Part shown: positions 32,638 to 43,900 of the stretch, piece after piece | Position numbering within the stretch: the stretch's first letter is position 1 | Layout of the letters: every line of letters starts with the position of its first letter | Source: Actinomycetota bacterium | GTDB lineage: Bacteria > Actinomycetota > UBA4738 | DNA: 64,000 nucleotides | Direction: 5' to 3' | Assembly (NCBI GenBank): GCA_050692195.1 | Contig: JBOGVA010000093.1 | Location: 5,459 to 69,458 of the forward strand | Notes under the pieces: model-generated | Told to the model about the DNA's origin: nothing | The model's input: the letters and a program-made list of their open reading frames with translations, nothing else | The model's database searches: none | Program-made: the position numbers and the translations under genes

Positions 32638-33246
32638 ATGACCTTCACCCTCCAGGAGCTGGGCAGGGAAGCGTCCACGTGCACTCGATGCCGTCTCTCC
32701 CAGGGGCGGACCCAGGTGGTGTTCGGCGTGGGCAATCCGAATGCACACGTGGTGTTCATCGGCGAAGGGCCCGGCTATTACGAGGACAAGCAGGGCGAGC
32801 CATTCGTCGGCGCGGCCGGCCAGCTCCTGACCAAGCTCCTCGACGAGATCGGCCTGCGCCGGCAGGATGTCTACATCTGCAACGTGGTGATGTGCCGCCC
32901 TCCAGGCAACCGCGACCCGCTGCCCGACGAGATCGAGTCCTGCCGCCCGTACCTCGAGGGACAGCTCGAGAACATCCACCCCCGGCTGATCGTCACACTC
33001 GGAAACTTCGCCACCCGGGTCATCCTGGACCGCCAGGTCTCGATCAGCAGGGTGCGCGGCCAGCGATTCGTCGTGGATGGACGGAGCGTCATCCCAACGT
33101 TTCACCCCGCGGCGATCCTGCGGGGAGGAGGAGAGGCCAGCACCCAGATGGCCGCGCTTCGCTCGGACTTTCGAACGATCAGGTCGGTGCTGGAGGAGCC
33201 CCAGCCGGTGACCGTGGCCGCTCAGGAGCAGCTGGGGCTGTTCTGA
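32638..33246 (+). CDS. Uracil-DNA glycosylase, family 4
   Basis: ...CTRCRLSQGRTQVVFGVGNPNAHVVFIGEGPGYYEDKQGEPFVGAAGQLL...HPAAILR... Confidence 0.88.
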   Translation: MTFTLQELGREASTCTRCRLSQGRTQVVFGVGNPNAHVVFIGEGPGYYEDKQGEPFVGAAGQLLTKLLDEIGLRRQDVYICNVVMCRPPGNRDPLPDEIESCRPYLEGQLENIHPRLIVTLGNFATRVILDRQVSISRVRGQRFVVDGRSVIPTFHPAAILRGGGEASTQMAALRSDFRTIRSVLEEPQPVTVAAQEQLGLF

Positions 33247-33253
33247 ACCGCCG

Positions 33254-33742
33254 ATGACCGCCTTCCTCGAGGTCACCACCCGATCCCCAGACGAGACGAG
33301 AGCACTGGGCCAGGCCATGGCCGGAGTGCTCGGCTCCGGCGATGTGATCTCGCTTACCGGAGATCTGGGGGCAGGCAAGACCACCTTCGTCCAGGGGGCT
33401 GCACGGGGGCTGGGCGTCGAGGAGCCGGTCCTCTCCCCGACGTTCACCCTCGTCCGCGAGTACCAGGGGATCTCTCGCGTCTACCATCTCGACGTGTACC
33501 GGCTCGACCGGCTCCAGGACGTGCTCGACCTGGGGTTCGAGGAGATGCTCGACGTGGGCGGTGTGGTCTTCATCGAGTGGGGCGACGCCATCGGGGCGCT
33601 GCTCCCCGAGGACTATCTTCAGATCGAGATGACGATCCCGGAAGACGGCGACGGCAGGCGGCTGGAGCTGTGGTGGCAGGGCCGATCCTGGACGGATCGG
33701 TGGGAGCGCCTGGCCGAGGCGATCGAGCCGTGGAAGTCGTGA
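33254..33742 (+). CDS. tsaE: tRNA t6A37 biosynthesis ATPase TsaE
   Basis: ...ISLTGDLGAGKTTFVQGAARGLG...SPTFTLVREY...HLDVYRL... Confidence 0.9.
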   Translation: MTAFLEVTTRSPDETRALGQAMAGVLGSGDVISLTGDLGAGKTTFVQGAARGLGVEEPVLSPTFTLVREYQGISRVYHLDVYRLDRLQDVLDLGFEEMLDVGGVVFIEWGDAIGALLPEDYLQIEMTIPEDGDGRRLELWWQGRSWTDRWERLAEAIEPWKS

Positions 33743-33749
33743 CGTCCCC

Positions 33750-34454
33750 ATGATCGTGCTCGGGATCGAGACCTCCACTCCCCAGACCACGATCGCCCTG
33801 GGGAGCGAACAGGGGATCATCGCGGCCACGCTCATCTCCAGTGGCAAGCCCAACCACGAGGTGGTCCTCCCCAACATCGCGTACCTGTTGAAGTGGTCGG
33901 ACATCCCGATCTCGGCGCTCGGAGGCGTCGCCGTTGGCCTGGGCCCCGGCCTGTTCACGGGCATGCGGGTGGGCATCGCCACGGCGAAGACGCTCGCCCA
34001 GGTGCTGTCCGTGCCGATCACCGGCCTCGCCTCCCTCGATGTGGTGGCCTTCTCGGTCCGATACACCCCGGCGCTCATCTGCGCCGCCATCGACGCCAAG
34101 CGCAAAGAGCTCTTCTACGCGTTCTACCGCCCGGTGCCGGGAGGAGTGACCCGGCAGACCGAGTTCGAGGTGGGCTCCCCGGATCGGCTCACGGCAGACC
34201 TGGAGGCCACGGCGGAGGATATCCTGCTGGTCGGGAACGGCGCGCTCGTGTACCGTCGGCAACTGGAGAAAGCGGGCAACCACGTTCAGTTCGCCTCCGC
34301 CGCCCATGCCTTTCCTGCGGCGACGGCGCTTGTCGAACTGGCGATCCCCCGCTTCCAGCGTGAGGAGTTCGAACGGCCTTACGACCTGAGGCCGTACTAC
34401 GTCAGGAAGGCGGATGCGCAGATCGCCTGGGATAACCGTCGACGAGCCGGTTGA
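33750..34454 (+). CDS. tsaB: tRNA t6A37 biosynthesis protein TsaB
   Basis: MIVLGIETSTPQTTIAL...GVAVGLGPGLFTGMRVGIATAK... Confidence 0.9.
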   Translation: MIVLGIETSTPQTTIALGSEQGIIAATLISSGKPNHEVVLPNIAYLLKWSDIPISALGGVAVGLGPGLFTGMRVGIATAKTLAQVLSVPITGLASLDVVAFSVRYTPALICAAIDAKRKELFYAFYRPVPGGVTRQTEFEVGSPDRLTADLEATAEDILLVGNGALVYRRQLEKAGNHVQFASAAHAFPAATALVELAIPRFQREEFERPYDLRPYYVRKADAQIAWDNRRRAG

Positions 34455-34965
34455 GCTCGAGATCACCCGGATGCGCCGGCGCCATCTGAAGGGCGTGATG
34501 GCGATCGAGCGCCTCGTCTACCCGAGGCCGTGGAGCCCGAACCTGTTCCTCTCGGAGATGAGCGAGCTCCGAAACCGGACCTACCTGGTGGCCCGGATCG
34601 GCCGGGACGTGGTCGGCTACGGCGGCATCATGTGCTACGGCGAGGAGGCCCACGTCACCACGATCGCCGTGGACCCGAACCACCAGCGCCGGAAGATCGG
34701 CACTCGCCTGCTGTACGACCTGGTGTTGGAAGGCATCCGCCTGGGGGCGAGCGCCGTCTCCCTGGAGGTCAGGGTGTCGAACTGGGGCGCGCAGGAGCTG
34801 TACCGGCTGTTCGGGTTTCGCCCGGTGGGCACCCGCAAGAACTACTACCAGGAGACCGGGGAAGACGCGCTGATCATGTGGGCGGAGGGCGTGCGCACAC
34901 CGGCGTACCGCGGTCAGCTCGAGCGGATCATCAGCCAGACCCCGGACGGGGTCCGTCCGCAGTAG
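34414..34965 (+). CDS. rimI: Ribosomal-protein-alanine N-acetyltransferase (GNAT)
   Basis: ...AIERLVYPRPWSPNLF...VTTIAVDPNHQRRKIGTRLL...LEVRVSNWGAQELYRLFGF... The start is uncertain: ATG 34414 overlaps tsaB by 41 nt, and ATG 34471 is the alternative. Confidence 0.85.
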   Translation: MRRSPGITVDEPVELEITRMRRRHLKGVMAIERLVYPRPWSPNLFLSEMSELRNRTYLVARIGRDVVGYGGIMCYGEEAHVTTIAVDPNHQRRKIGTRLLYDLVLEGIRLGASAVSLEVRVSNWGAQELYRLFGFRPVGTRKNYYQETGEDALIMWAEGVRTPAYRGQLERIISQTPDGVRPQ

Positions 34966-34979
34966 CCCCGGACGCCGGC

Positions 34980-35981
34980 GTGAAGGTCCTCGGCATCGAG
35001 ACATCATGCGACGAGACGGCCGTGGCCGTGGTGGAGGACGGGCGGAAGATCCTGGCAAACCTGATCTCCAGCCAGGCCCATCTGCATCAGCGGTTCGGTG
35101 GGGTCGTCCCGGAGGTGGCCGCCCGGGCCCATCTCGAGAACATCAACCCGCTCACCGAGCTTGCCCTGAAGGAGGCGGGCGTCTCCCTCAGGGACATCGA
35201 GGGGGTGGCCGTGACCGTGGGGCCGGGCCTGGTCGGGGCGCTGCTGGTGGGGATCGCGTCGGCCAAGGCGGTGGCTCTGGCCCTGGACCTGCCGTTCGTG
35301 GGGATCAACCACCTCGAGGGGCACATCCTCGCCAACATCCTGGACCATGGGCCGATCGAGGAGCCCTTCGTCTCCCTCGTCGTGTCCGGGGGGCACACCA
35401 TGCTGGTGTACTCGCCCGAACCCCTGCGCTACGAGCTGATGGGCCAGACCCTCGACGACGCGGCGGGAGAGGCCTTCGACAAGATCGCCCGGTTCATCGG
35501 GCTCGGGTTCCCCGGAGGCCCGGCCCTCGACCGGCTGGCGCAGAAGGGGAACCCGAACGCGGTGAGGTTCCCCCGGGCGGCGACCGAGCGCGGTTACGAC
35601 TTCTCGCTGTCGGGCCTGAAGACGGCCGTGGTCCGCCACGTGAAAGCCGAGCGGGCCAGGGGGCACCGCACCTCCCCGGAGGACCTGGCGGCGTCGTTCC
35701 AGGAGGCCGTCGTCGACGTGCAGGTGGATAAGACGATCGCCGCGGCCCAGGAGAAAGGCGTGCGCAAGATCGTCCTGGGCGGGGGCGTGGTGGCGAATTC
35801 GCGCCTCCGGGAGCTGATGCTGGAGCGGGCCAGCCGGCATGGGCTGGAGCTGCTGATCCCTCCGCCGGAGCTGTGCACCGACAACGCTGCCATGATCGCG
35901 TGCGCCGGCCACTACCGGCTCCTCCGGGGGGAGCGCACGGAGCTCGAAGTCGGCGCGTCGCCAAGCCTTCCCCTGGGATGA
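34980..35981 (+). CDS. tsaD: tRNA N6-adenosine threonylcarbamoyltransferase
   Basis: (V)KVLGIETSCDETAVAVVEDG...GINHLEGHIL...VSGGHT...; GTG 34980 lies inside track ORF 34530..35981. Confidence 0.94.
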   Translation: MKVLGIETSCDETAVAVVEDGRKILANLISSQAHLHQRFGGVVPEVAARAHLENINPLTELALKEAGVSLRDIEGVAVTVGPGLVGALLVGIASAKAVALALDLPFVGINHLEGHILANILDHGPIEEPFVSLVVSGGHTMLVYSPEPLRYELMGQTLDDAAGEAFDKIARFIGLGFPGGPALDRLAQKGNPNAVRFPRAATERGYDFSLSGLKTAVVRHVKAERARGHRTSPEDLAASFQEAVVDVQVDKTIAAAQEKGVRKIVLGGGVVANSRLRELMLERASRHGLELLIPPPELCTDNAAMIACAGHYRLLRGERTELEVGASPSLPLG

Positions 35982-35999
35982 CATGAGCGGCGGGCCCAC

Positions 36000-36938
36000 G
36001 TGACCACGCTGCTGGTGACCGGCGGCGCCGGGTTCATCGGGTCCCACCTGTGCGACCGCCTTCTGGCGGAGGGCCACCGGGTGGTGGCGATCGACGACCT
36101 CTCCTCGGGCCATCTTTCGAACATCGCCGAGGCTCGCGGGTACGGGCGGGCGTTCACCTTCTACAACCTGGACGTCAGGGCCGAGGGCCTGGGTGACCTC
36201 ATCCGGCGCCACCGCCCCGAAGCCATCCTCCACCTGGCGGCCCTGCGGCGGCCCGACGCGCGGCTGGAACCCCTCGTCGAGGCGCGGGTGGGGCTGATGG
36301 GCCTGCTGGCCGTGCTGGAGGGGGCCGTGAAGGCGGGAGTGCGCAAGGTGGTGTTCGCCTCGTCGGCCGCTGCGTACGGGGAGGTCCGGAAGCTTCCCAT
36401 CAAGGAGACGGCCTTGGTCGGAGCGAGGCCCCCGAGCCCTGGTGCCATCTCGAAGAGGGTGGCCGAGGACTACCTCCGCTTCTACCGTGGATCCAGGGGC
36501 CTGGACTTCACCTCGCTCGTCCTAGGCAGCGTGTACGGCCCGCGTCAGGTCCCCACCGAAGACTCCGGTGTCGTCGCCGTCTTCGCCGGGAAAATGGTGG
36601 CCGGCCTCCGGCCGGGGATCTTCGGCGAGGGGAACCAAAGCCGGGACTTCCTGTTCATCGACGACGCCGTCCACGCGCTGGCCCTGGCCATCGAACGGGG
36701 GTCGGACAAGACCATCAACGTCGGTACGGGCGTCGAGACCAGCGTGAACGCCCTGTACCGGATGCTGGCGGACATCACGGGCTTCAAGGGCGAGCCGCTG
36801 TACGGCGCGGGTCAGCCCGGCGACGTCGGCCGGGTCTGCCTGGACAACGAGCTGGCCGAGCGGGAGCTCGCGTGGAAACCATGGACCCATCTGGAGGACG
36901 GGCTCAGGGAGACCGTGGCTTACCTTCGCGGGCCCTAG
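36000..36938 (+). CDS. NAD-dependent epimerase/dehydratase (GalE-like, extended SDR)
   Basis: LVTGGAGFIGSHLCDRLL (Rossmann motif) and ...YGEVRKLP... The sugar specificity cannot be determined. Confidence 0.8.
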   Translation: MTTLLVTGGAGFIGSHLCDRLLAEGHRVVAIDDLSSGHLSNIAEARGYGRAFTFYNLDVRAEGLGDLIRRHRPEAILHLAALRRPDARLEPLVEARVGLMGLLAVLEGAVKAGVRKVVFASSAAAYGEVRKLPIKETALVGARPPSPGAISKRVAEDYLRFYRGSRGLDFTSLVLGSVYGPRQVPTEDSGVVAVFAGKMVAGLRPGIFGEGNQSRDFLFIDDAVHALALAIERGSDKTINVGTGVETSVNALYRMLADITGFKGEPLYGAGQPGDVGRVCLDNELAERELAWKPWTHLEDGLRETVAYLRGP

Positions 36939-36940
36939 AT

Positions 36941-37777
36941 ATGCCGGGCCGCACCTCGCACACCGACGAGGTGGAGGCGTGGCGAGCACGCAGGCTGGCC
37001 CGCCTCACGGCGCCCGACGGCTGGCTCACGCTGGTCGGGCTGGAGTGGCTACAAGAGGGGGCCAACCCAATAGGGTCCGATCCTTCGAACCTCGTGGGGC
37101 TCCCGGGGGGAAAGGCCCCGCCCCAGCTCGGGTCGATCGAAGTCTCGGAAGGCAAGGCGACCATCGAGGTCCGCCCCGGCTCGGGGGTCACGCACGAGGG
37201 AAGGCCGATAACGCGGATGGGACTGCGGGACGATACCGACGGCGATCCAACGGTCCTGCGGCTCGGCACGCTCAGCTTCCATGTGATCAACCGCGAGGGA
37301 GCGCTGGCGGTGCGCATCAAGGACCGCCACAGTCCCATCCGCACCGGGTTCCGGGGCATCGACCACTACCCCGTAGACCCGCGGTGGAGGATCGAAGCCC
37401 GCTTCGACGCCTACGACCCGCCGAAGGAGACGCTGGTGCCCGACGTGCTTGGTCGGGGGCAGACCTACCGGCTGCCAGGCGCCGTCGTCTTCGAGGTCGA
37501 GGGCATGACGCACCGGCTCGAGACCTTCCTGGAGGCCGGGGAGAGAGACCTGTTCCTGGTGTTCGGCGACGAGACGAACGGAGATGAGACCTACGGGGGC
37601 GGCCGCTACCTCTATGCGGCGCCACCGGACGAACGCGGCATCGTGGTGGTCGACTTCAACATGGCCTACAACCCGCCCTGCGTGTTCACGCCATACGCGA
37701 CCTGTGCCCTCCCGCTGCCGGAGAATCGGCTCCCGATCCGGATCGAAGCCGGCGAGAAGCGGTATCGGCAGAGGTAA
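36941..37777 (+). CDS. DUF1684 domain protein
   Basis: ...WRARRLARLTAPDGWLTLVGLEWL...FNMAYNPPCVFTPYATCALPLPENRLPIRIEAGEK..., the pattern I remember for DUF1684. Confidence 0.75.
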   Translation: MPGRTSHTDEVEAWRARRLARLTAPDGWLTLVGLEWLQEGANPIGSDPSNLVGLPGGKAPPQLGSIEVSEGKATIEVRPGSGVTHEGRPITRMGLRDDTDGDPTVLRLGTLSFHVINREGALAVRIKDRHSPIRTGFRGIDHYPVDPRWRIEARFDAYDPPKETLVPDVLGRGQTYRLPGAVVFEVEGMTHRLETFLEAGERDLFLVFGDETNGDETYGGGRYLYAAPPDERGIVVVDFNMAYNPPCVFTPYATCALPLPENRLPIRIEAGEKRYRQR

Positions 37778-37942
37778 CGACAGAGATGGCGCTCGCATCG
37801 GATGTCACGGTATTCATGTTGCCGCCCCATTCGCTCACCGTGTACCTTCCAGGTCTCGAAACAGGACCAAAGCTCTGCTCGGCTTCGGTTGCCTGCCCCC
37901 CGTGCTCGGCGCTCGACCGATCAGAAGGAAGGAGCGTCGATC

Positions 37943-40900
37943 TTGCGCTGGGCCGCCCGCCGAAAGCCCGGATCCGTCCGTCGCCCGCCCTCCTCCCTGG
38001 CTTGGCTTGCTGCCCTCCTTGCCTGCGTCATGCTCGCGGCGACCCTTGCCCCTGGCCCACAGGCTCCGCCTGCCGCCCTGGCATCGACAGGGACACCCCT
38101 GCCCGAGGAGGTCCCGCCCGGGCCGCCGCCCGATCCGCTCCCCGACTCGGAGCGGGAGGTTCCCCCTCCGGCCATCCCCGAGGTCCCCGATCACGTGCCC
38201 CTGCCTTCTCTCGAGGAGCTCTTCGCTCCGGAGGACTCGGCCCGGGACCTCATCGCCACGCTGGAGGAGAATTTCGCCGAGGCCACGGAGACAATGTCCG
38301 TCTACGAGCAGGGAGGGGCCGACCACTGGCTGGCGGCCACCGTCCAGCCCCAGAACTACTTGGACGACCAGGGCAACTGGCACGACATCGACACCTCGCT
38401 CGTGCACCTCCCGGAAGGGAAGCACGAGCCGGTCGACCTGATCCCCCCCGACCTCCCCGGCTTCACCAACGCCGAGGGGATGGTGCAGGTGCTCTTCCCA
38501 GACGTCCTGTCCGCGCTCACGCCCCTGATCTTCGCTCTGCCCGAGGGGCGCCTGGACATCCTTCCCTCAGGCCTGTTCCCTGCGGTGCCGGGGGTGAGGG
38601 AGGGGGAGTCCGTCCGGTACTCCGACGCGGCCGAGAGTCTGGACCTGGTGTACACCGCCACCCCACTCGGCTACGAAGAATGGGTGGTGCTGAAGGAGCC
38701 GCCACCCGGCGACCGGGCGAGCTGGAGGATCCAAGCCACTCATCTCGCCCTCCGCTTAGAGGAGAGTGGCGAGATCTCGATCCTGGCCGGCGACGAAGTG
38801 GTAGGGGCCTTCCCACCAACCCTCGTTGGGGACTCGAGCCAGGAGCCCGAGTCCGCGGGTGCCACGACCTCGTTCCCATACGAACTCCAGGACTTGGGCG
38901 GGGGGCGGTACGAGCTCTCGGTGCTCTACGACCAGGCCTGGCTGTCTGACCCCGACCGGGTCTACCCCGTGGTGATCGACCCCGGCCCGCAGGAGCGGAC
39001 CCGCTACCCCACCGACGACACCTTCTCCTACTCGGCGAGCCCCGACACTCCGCAGGGCTCGTGGTGGAACGTCCAGGCCGGAGGGGGCGGAGGGCAGCGC
39101 ACCTTCGTCAACTTCGACACCAAGATCTACGAGAGAGCCAACCGAGTGGTCTACTTCGCCCAGCTGTCCCTGGCCCCCTATCCGGCCCAAGACTCCACCA
39201 CCGAGGGCACGGTGTACGTGAGGCGGATCACCTCCTCCTGGTCGGAGGACACCCTCACCCACAACTTCCAGCCGTCGGTGGGCACGGCCAACTGGGACTC
39301 CGCCGACGAGGGGGACGTTGACGGGGGCTGGCAGAACTTCACCGGCCTGGGAGCCCTGTACCAGAGGTTCCTGGATACCTCCGACCCGAACCACTACACG
39401 GCCCACCGCGGCGTCCGCCTGCACTCGGCCAACTCCAACTGGCACGTGTGGTGCTCTTCCAACTCCAACCTCAACTGTCCTTCCTCCGCCAAGCCCATCC
39501 TGTTCCTGACCTTCAACGATCTCCCCGCCGCCGCCGCTCCCGACCCCAACGGGCCGATCGGCACGGAGGCCGACCCCGGGATCGTCACGGTGGAGTCTCC
39601 CGAGCTGGTGATGCTCGCCATGCCCACAGACTTCAACAACGACCCAACCAGGCTCAACTTCCAGGTGTCCAAGAGCGGCACGAGCTGGGAGGCCCCAGAC
39701 CTGGTGGCCCAGTCGGGATGGATCAACTCCACGACCTGGGCGGTGCCGGCAGGAGCCCTCAAGGACGGACAGAGCTATCACTGGCGGACCCAATCCGGGG
39801 ACTGGTGCGGGGACTGGGACGACATGTGCTCCAACGAGGATGCCTCCGGCAGAATCCACCCCTGGAAGACCTCGGCGGTGCAGACCATCAAGGTGAACCT
39901 GCCCAAGTACGGCTCGGACGAGCGGTGGGCCATGTGGTCGGACCAGCTCGGCAACGGGATGTCCCTTCAGGTGAACCAGGCCAACGGCAACCTGTACCTG
40001 GACTATCCCCTGGACACCCTGCAGACCCCGGCCGGGCCCCTGGACCTGGCCCTCACCTACAACAACCAGCAGACGGCCGACATCGGCCTGGGGCCGGGAT
40101 GGAACGTCTCGGCCGGCCCGCTCTCGGACTCGCTCAAGCTCCCCACCACCCTCACCGTCGTGGCCAAGAACAAGGGAGGGGGGGTGCTGATCGCCTACGG
40201 GGACGGGGACCGGGCCCACTTCCCCAAGCTCGCCGGCACCACCTACCAGAGCGCCGGGGTGGGGACGGTGTTCAAGAACGACGGCTCGCAGGGATGGACC
40301 TACGTCACCGACGCCGGGGGGACCTTCACCTTCGACTCGGACGGGGCCCTGCTCACCGCGGCCCCCAGCTCTAACCAGTACGGGGACCCCGGGTTCTCCT
40401 ACCTGTTCGAGCCGGACCCCTCCCGCCCGGGCGTGCTCAACCTGAAGCGGGTCGCCGATCCCCTGGGCCGGGCGGTCGACTTCGCCTGGACGGGGAGTCC
40501 CACCCACCTCACCTCCATCACCACTTGGGTGCCCAAGAAGGGCGGCGGCGGCAACCAGACCTGGACCCTCGCCTACTCATCCGACCGCCTTTTCGAGGTC
40601 GCCGACCCGGTGTCCCAGACCGTGCGGTTCACCCACGAGGGAGGCCTGCTCACCGGGATCCAGGACGGGCAGCTGGTGGCGGACGCCCGGGATGAGAAGA
40701 CGGCCATCACCTACGTCCAGGAGACCCTTCCCGATGACCGGGTGATCTACCGGGCAAAGACGGTGACCGCCCCGCCCACCGTCCAGGGAGGGCAGGTGCA
40801 CCCCACGGAGTTCGTCTACGACCCGCCGCTCAACGGAGACATCGTCACCCGGACCGCGGCCATCGACCCCAGGGGCCCGACCACCCCCGAGAACGCCACC

Positions 40901-43900
40901 GACTACATGACGTGGACCGACTTCAACGACATGGGGTTGCCGATCCGGGTGGAGGGGCCGTACGACCAGCTAGGAAAGGCCCCCATCACCCGGATGTTGT
41001 GGAACTCAGAGGGCAATCTGCTGTGCTCCCGGTCTCCGGCGGCCAACCGAGACGGCGGGGTGAACGAGAAGTGCAAGGCTGGTGAGTCCGACATACCCAC
41101 CGAGCCTCTGAACACGGCATATGAGTACCAGGCCGTCGCCCCGTTCAAGCCGACGAAGGTCACCGGCCCGGCCCCCAACCCAGACGGATCGGGGGAACGG
41201 GCCGTCACCGAGTACCAGTACGACCAGGGCATCGAGGGCCTGGCCCTGTCCGAGTACACCAACGCGACCATGACGGGGCTTCCCTACAACAAGCGGATCG
41301 CGGGGCCCATCAACGGCCTGTCCCCGGACTGGGACTGGGGCCCCCACGGCCAGCCCGGCACCCTTCCGCCCGACACCACCGACTTCTCCCTCCGGTTCAC
41401 CGGGACCATCACCGCAGCCTCGACCGGCACCTACAAGTTCAGAGTGAGGGCCGGCGGGGGTTCCCGGCTGGTGGTGGGGCCGGAGGTCATCGACTGCTGG
41501 GCCGTGGGGGCCTACCCCAACTGCGGCGATACCCAGACCCTGGTGATCAAGCTCGAGGCGAACAAGTCCAAGCCGGTCAGCCTGGAGTACCGCTACGTCG
41601 ACGCGGGCTACGGGGCCAGGCTGGCATTTCAGTGGGACCCACCCGGCAGCCAGTCGTGGGAGAACGTGCCGGCCACGGCGATGGACTCCGCCCTGAGCCT
41701 GGTGACCTCGGTGGTGGATCCCAAGGGGACCACGACCCGGAGCTACCCCGACGATCCCTCCAAGTTCCGGGAGCTTCCCGCCTCCACCACCCGGGCCGGG
41801 CGCACCACCACCTATTCCTACGGCTCCGATCCCTACGGAAGGGTCCTCAGCCAGAGCGTCTCTCACCCTGACGGCCCGTTCACCACGTCCTACGTCTACA
41901 CCGATACCTCGACCACCTCCTGCCTGACGCGGGTGACCGATCCCACCGGTGCGGTCACCGACTACACCTGCGACGAGGCCGGGCAGGTTACCCAGGTCCG
42001 GGTCTCGGTGCCGGCCGTGCCCGGTACCAACCAGAACACCGACCAGGTCCGGATCACCGACACGAAGTACGACGACCTGGGCCGGCCGGAGTCGGTCACC
42101 GTGCCTCACCCGGAGGGGCAGGGGCCGTTCCCGGACACCCAGTACGACTACGACCGGGCCGGAAGGCTCACCCAGACCACCGACCCCATGGGCTTCGTCA
42201 CCACGAACGAGTACGGCCTGGACGGGCGCCTGACCAAGACCCTGCTTCCCTCCCCGGACGGCTCGAGCCCTCGCCCGGAGACCACGTACGGCTACGACGG
42301 AGAGGGGAACCGGACCTCCGTCGTCGATCCCCGGGACCACACCTGGACCACCTCCTACGACGCCCTGAACCGGTTGACCTCCACCACCACCCCGGCGGGG
42401 ACTGATGCAGATCCCGCCCCCACGTACACCACGAATACCGTCTACGACCTGCTCAACCGGACCACCACCGTCACCACCCCGGGGGGCCTGGACGCCGCGG
42501 GGAACCCCGTTTCGATCACCCAGGTCACCACCCACGACATCCTGGGGAGGGCGATCTCGGCCAAGGTAGGGGACCTGACCGCGGACACCTTCTCCTACGA
42601 TGTGGTCGGCAACCAGATCTCCCAGACCGCCGACGGCATCACCACCATCACCGAGTACAACGCCTACAACCAGCCGACCAAGGAGACCTGCCAGGGCTGC
42701 GCGGGAGGCCAGGACGCCGTCACGCACTTCGCCTACGACCAGTCCGGCCGGCTCGTCGAGGAGGTGGACGCCCGGGGCTCGGGCCCCACCGACCAAAGTC
42801 ACATGTGGAAATACGGGTACGACGGGGCAGGGAGGCTCACCTCCGCCCAGCTCCCCGCGCCCATTTCCGCCACCACCTCCATCGTCTACGACGCGGCCGG
42901 GGAGCAGGTGAAGGTGACCGATGGGGCCGGCTACGTCCGCAACTACACCTACGACGAGCGGGGACGGCTGGCCACGCTGGCCACCGCCCGGGGAACGATC
43001 GCCTACGTCCATGACGTCAATGATCGGCTCGTCCGGGTGGACCTCCCGACGAGCACCCCGCCCCTTCCTGTGGCCTCGCTCAACTACGCCTACGACAACC
43101 TGGGGCAGCGGACCCGCCGGTGGGGCCTGACCTCCGGCGGCCAGACGGTGTCCGGGGAGAACTTCAGCTTCGATTCGGCCGGCAACCTCACCCGGGCCTC
43201 CTCCGACTCGCTCACCATCCCGGCGGTGGTCATGGACTACGACTTCGCCCACCGCCCCTGGCGGGTGACCCAGGGAACCACCGTCACCACCCTCGCCTAC
43301 CAGGGGACTCAGCTTTCTTCTCGCTCGGTGGTGGCCGCGGGCTCCACGCTGACCAACAACTACCGGTACCGGACCGGCGACGGCCTGCTCGCCACGATCT
43401 CCCCCGCCTTCGGGGGGTCGAACGTCGCCTACGGCTACGACCCATACGGGCGCGCCACCAGCCGGCAGGATCCCTCGGGGCTCACCTCCGTGGTGGCCTA
43501 CGACCAGACGGGAAGGGTGAAGTCCAAGCAGGTGAACCTGCCCTCGAGCTCCCCCCTGGTGTGCTTCGAGCGGGTGTACGACCCGGTGGGCAACGTGATC
43601 CAGGAGGCCCAGAGGCCCTCGACCGCCTGCGCCACCCAGCCAGAGGGGTGGAACACCTACGCATACGACAACGCCAACCGGCTGGAGTCGGCCACCGAGG
43701 GCGGGGTCACCACCGCCTTCGGCTACGACGGCGCGGCGAACCGGACCTCCGTCCAGGTGGGTGGAGATCCCGCGGTCACCACCTCCTACGACGACGCCGG
43801 GTACCCGGACTCTGCCTCGGACGGCACGGACTATGTCACCGACGCCCTCGGTGAGCTCATGTCCATCACCAAGGGAGGATCCACCTCGTCGTTCGTCTAC

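Noticed and set aside
37802-37942. Upstream 47 codons of the RHS ORF (ATG 37802)
   Set aside because: There is no SD sequence, and the translated segment is Arg/Cys/Ser-rich and sits before the signal peptide. TTG 37943 follows GGAAGGAG at ideal spacing and puts the signal peptide at the N-terminus. The start is still unverified.
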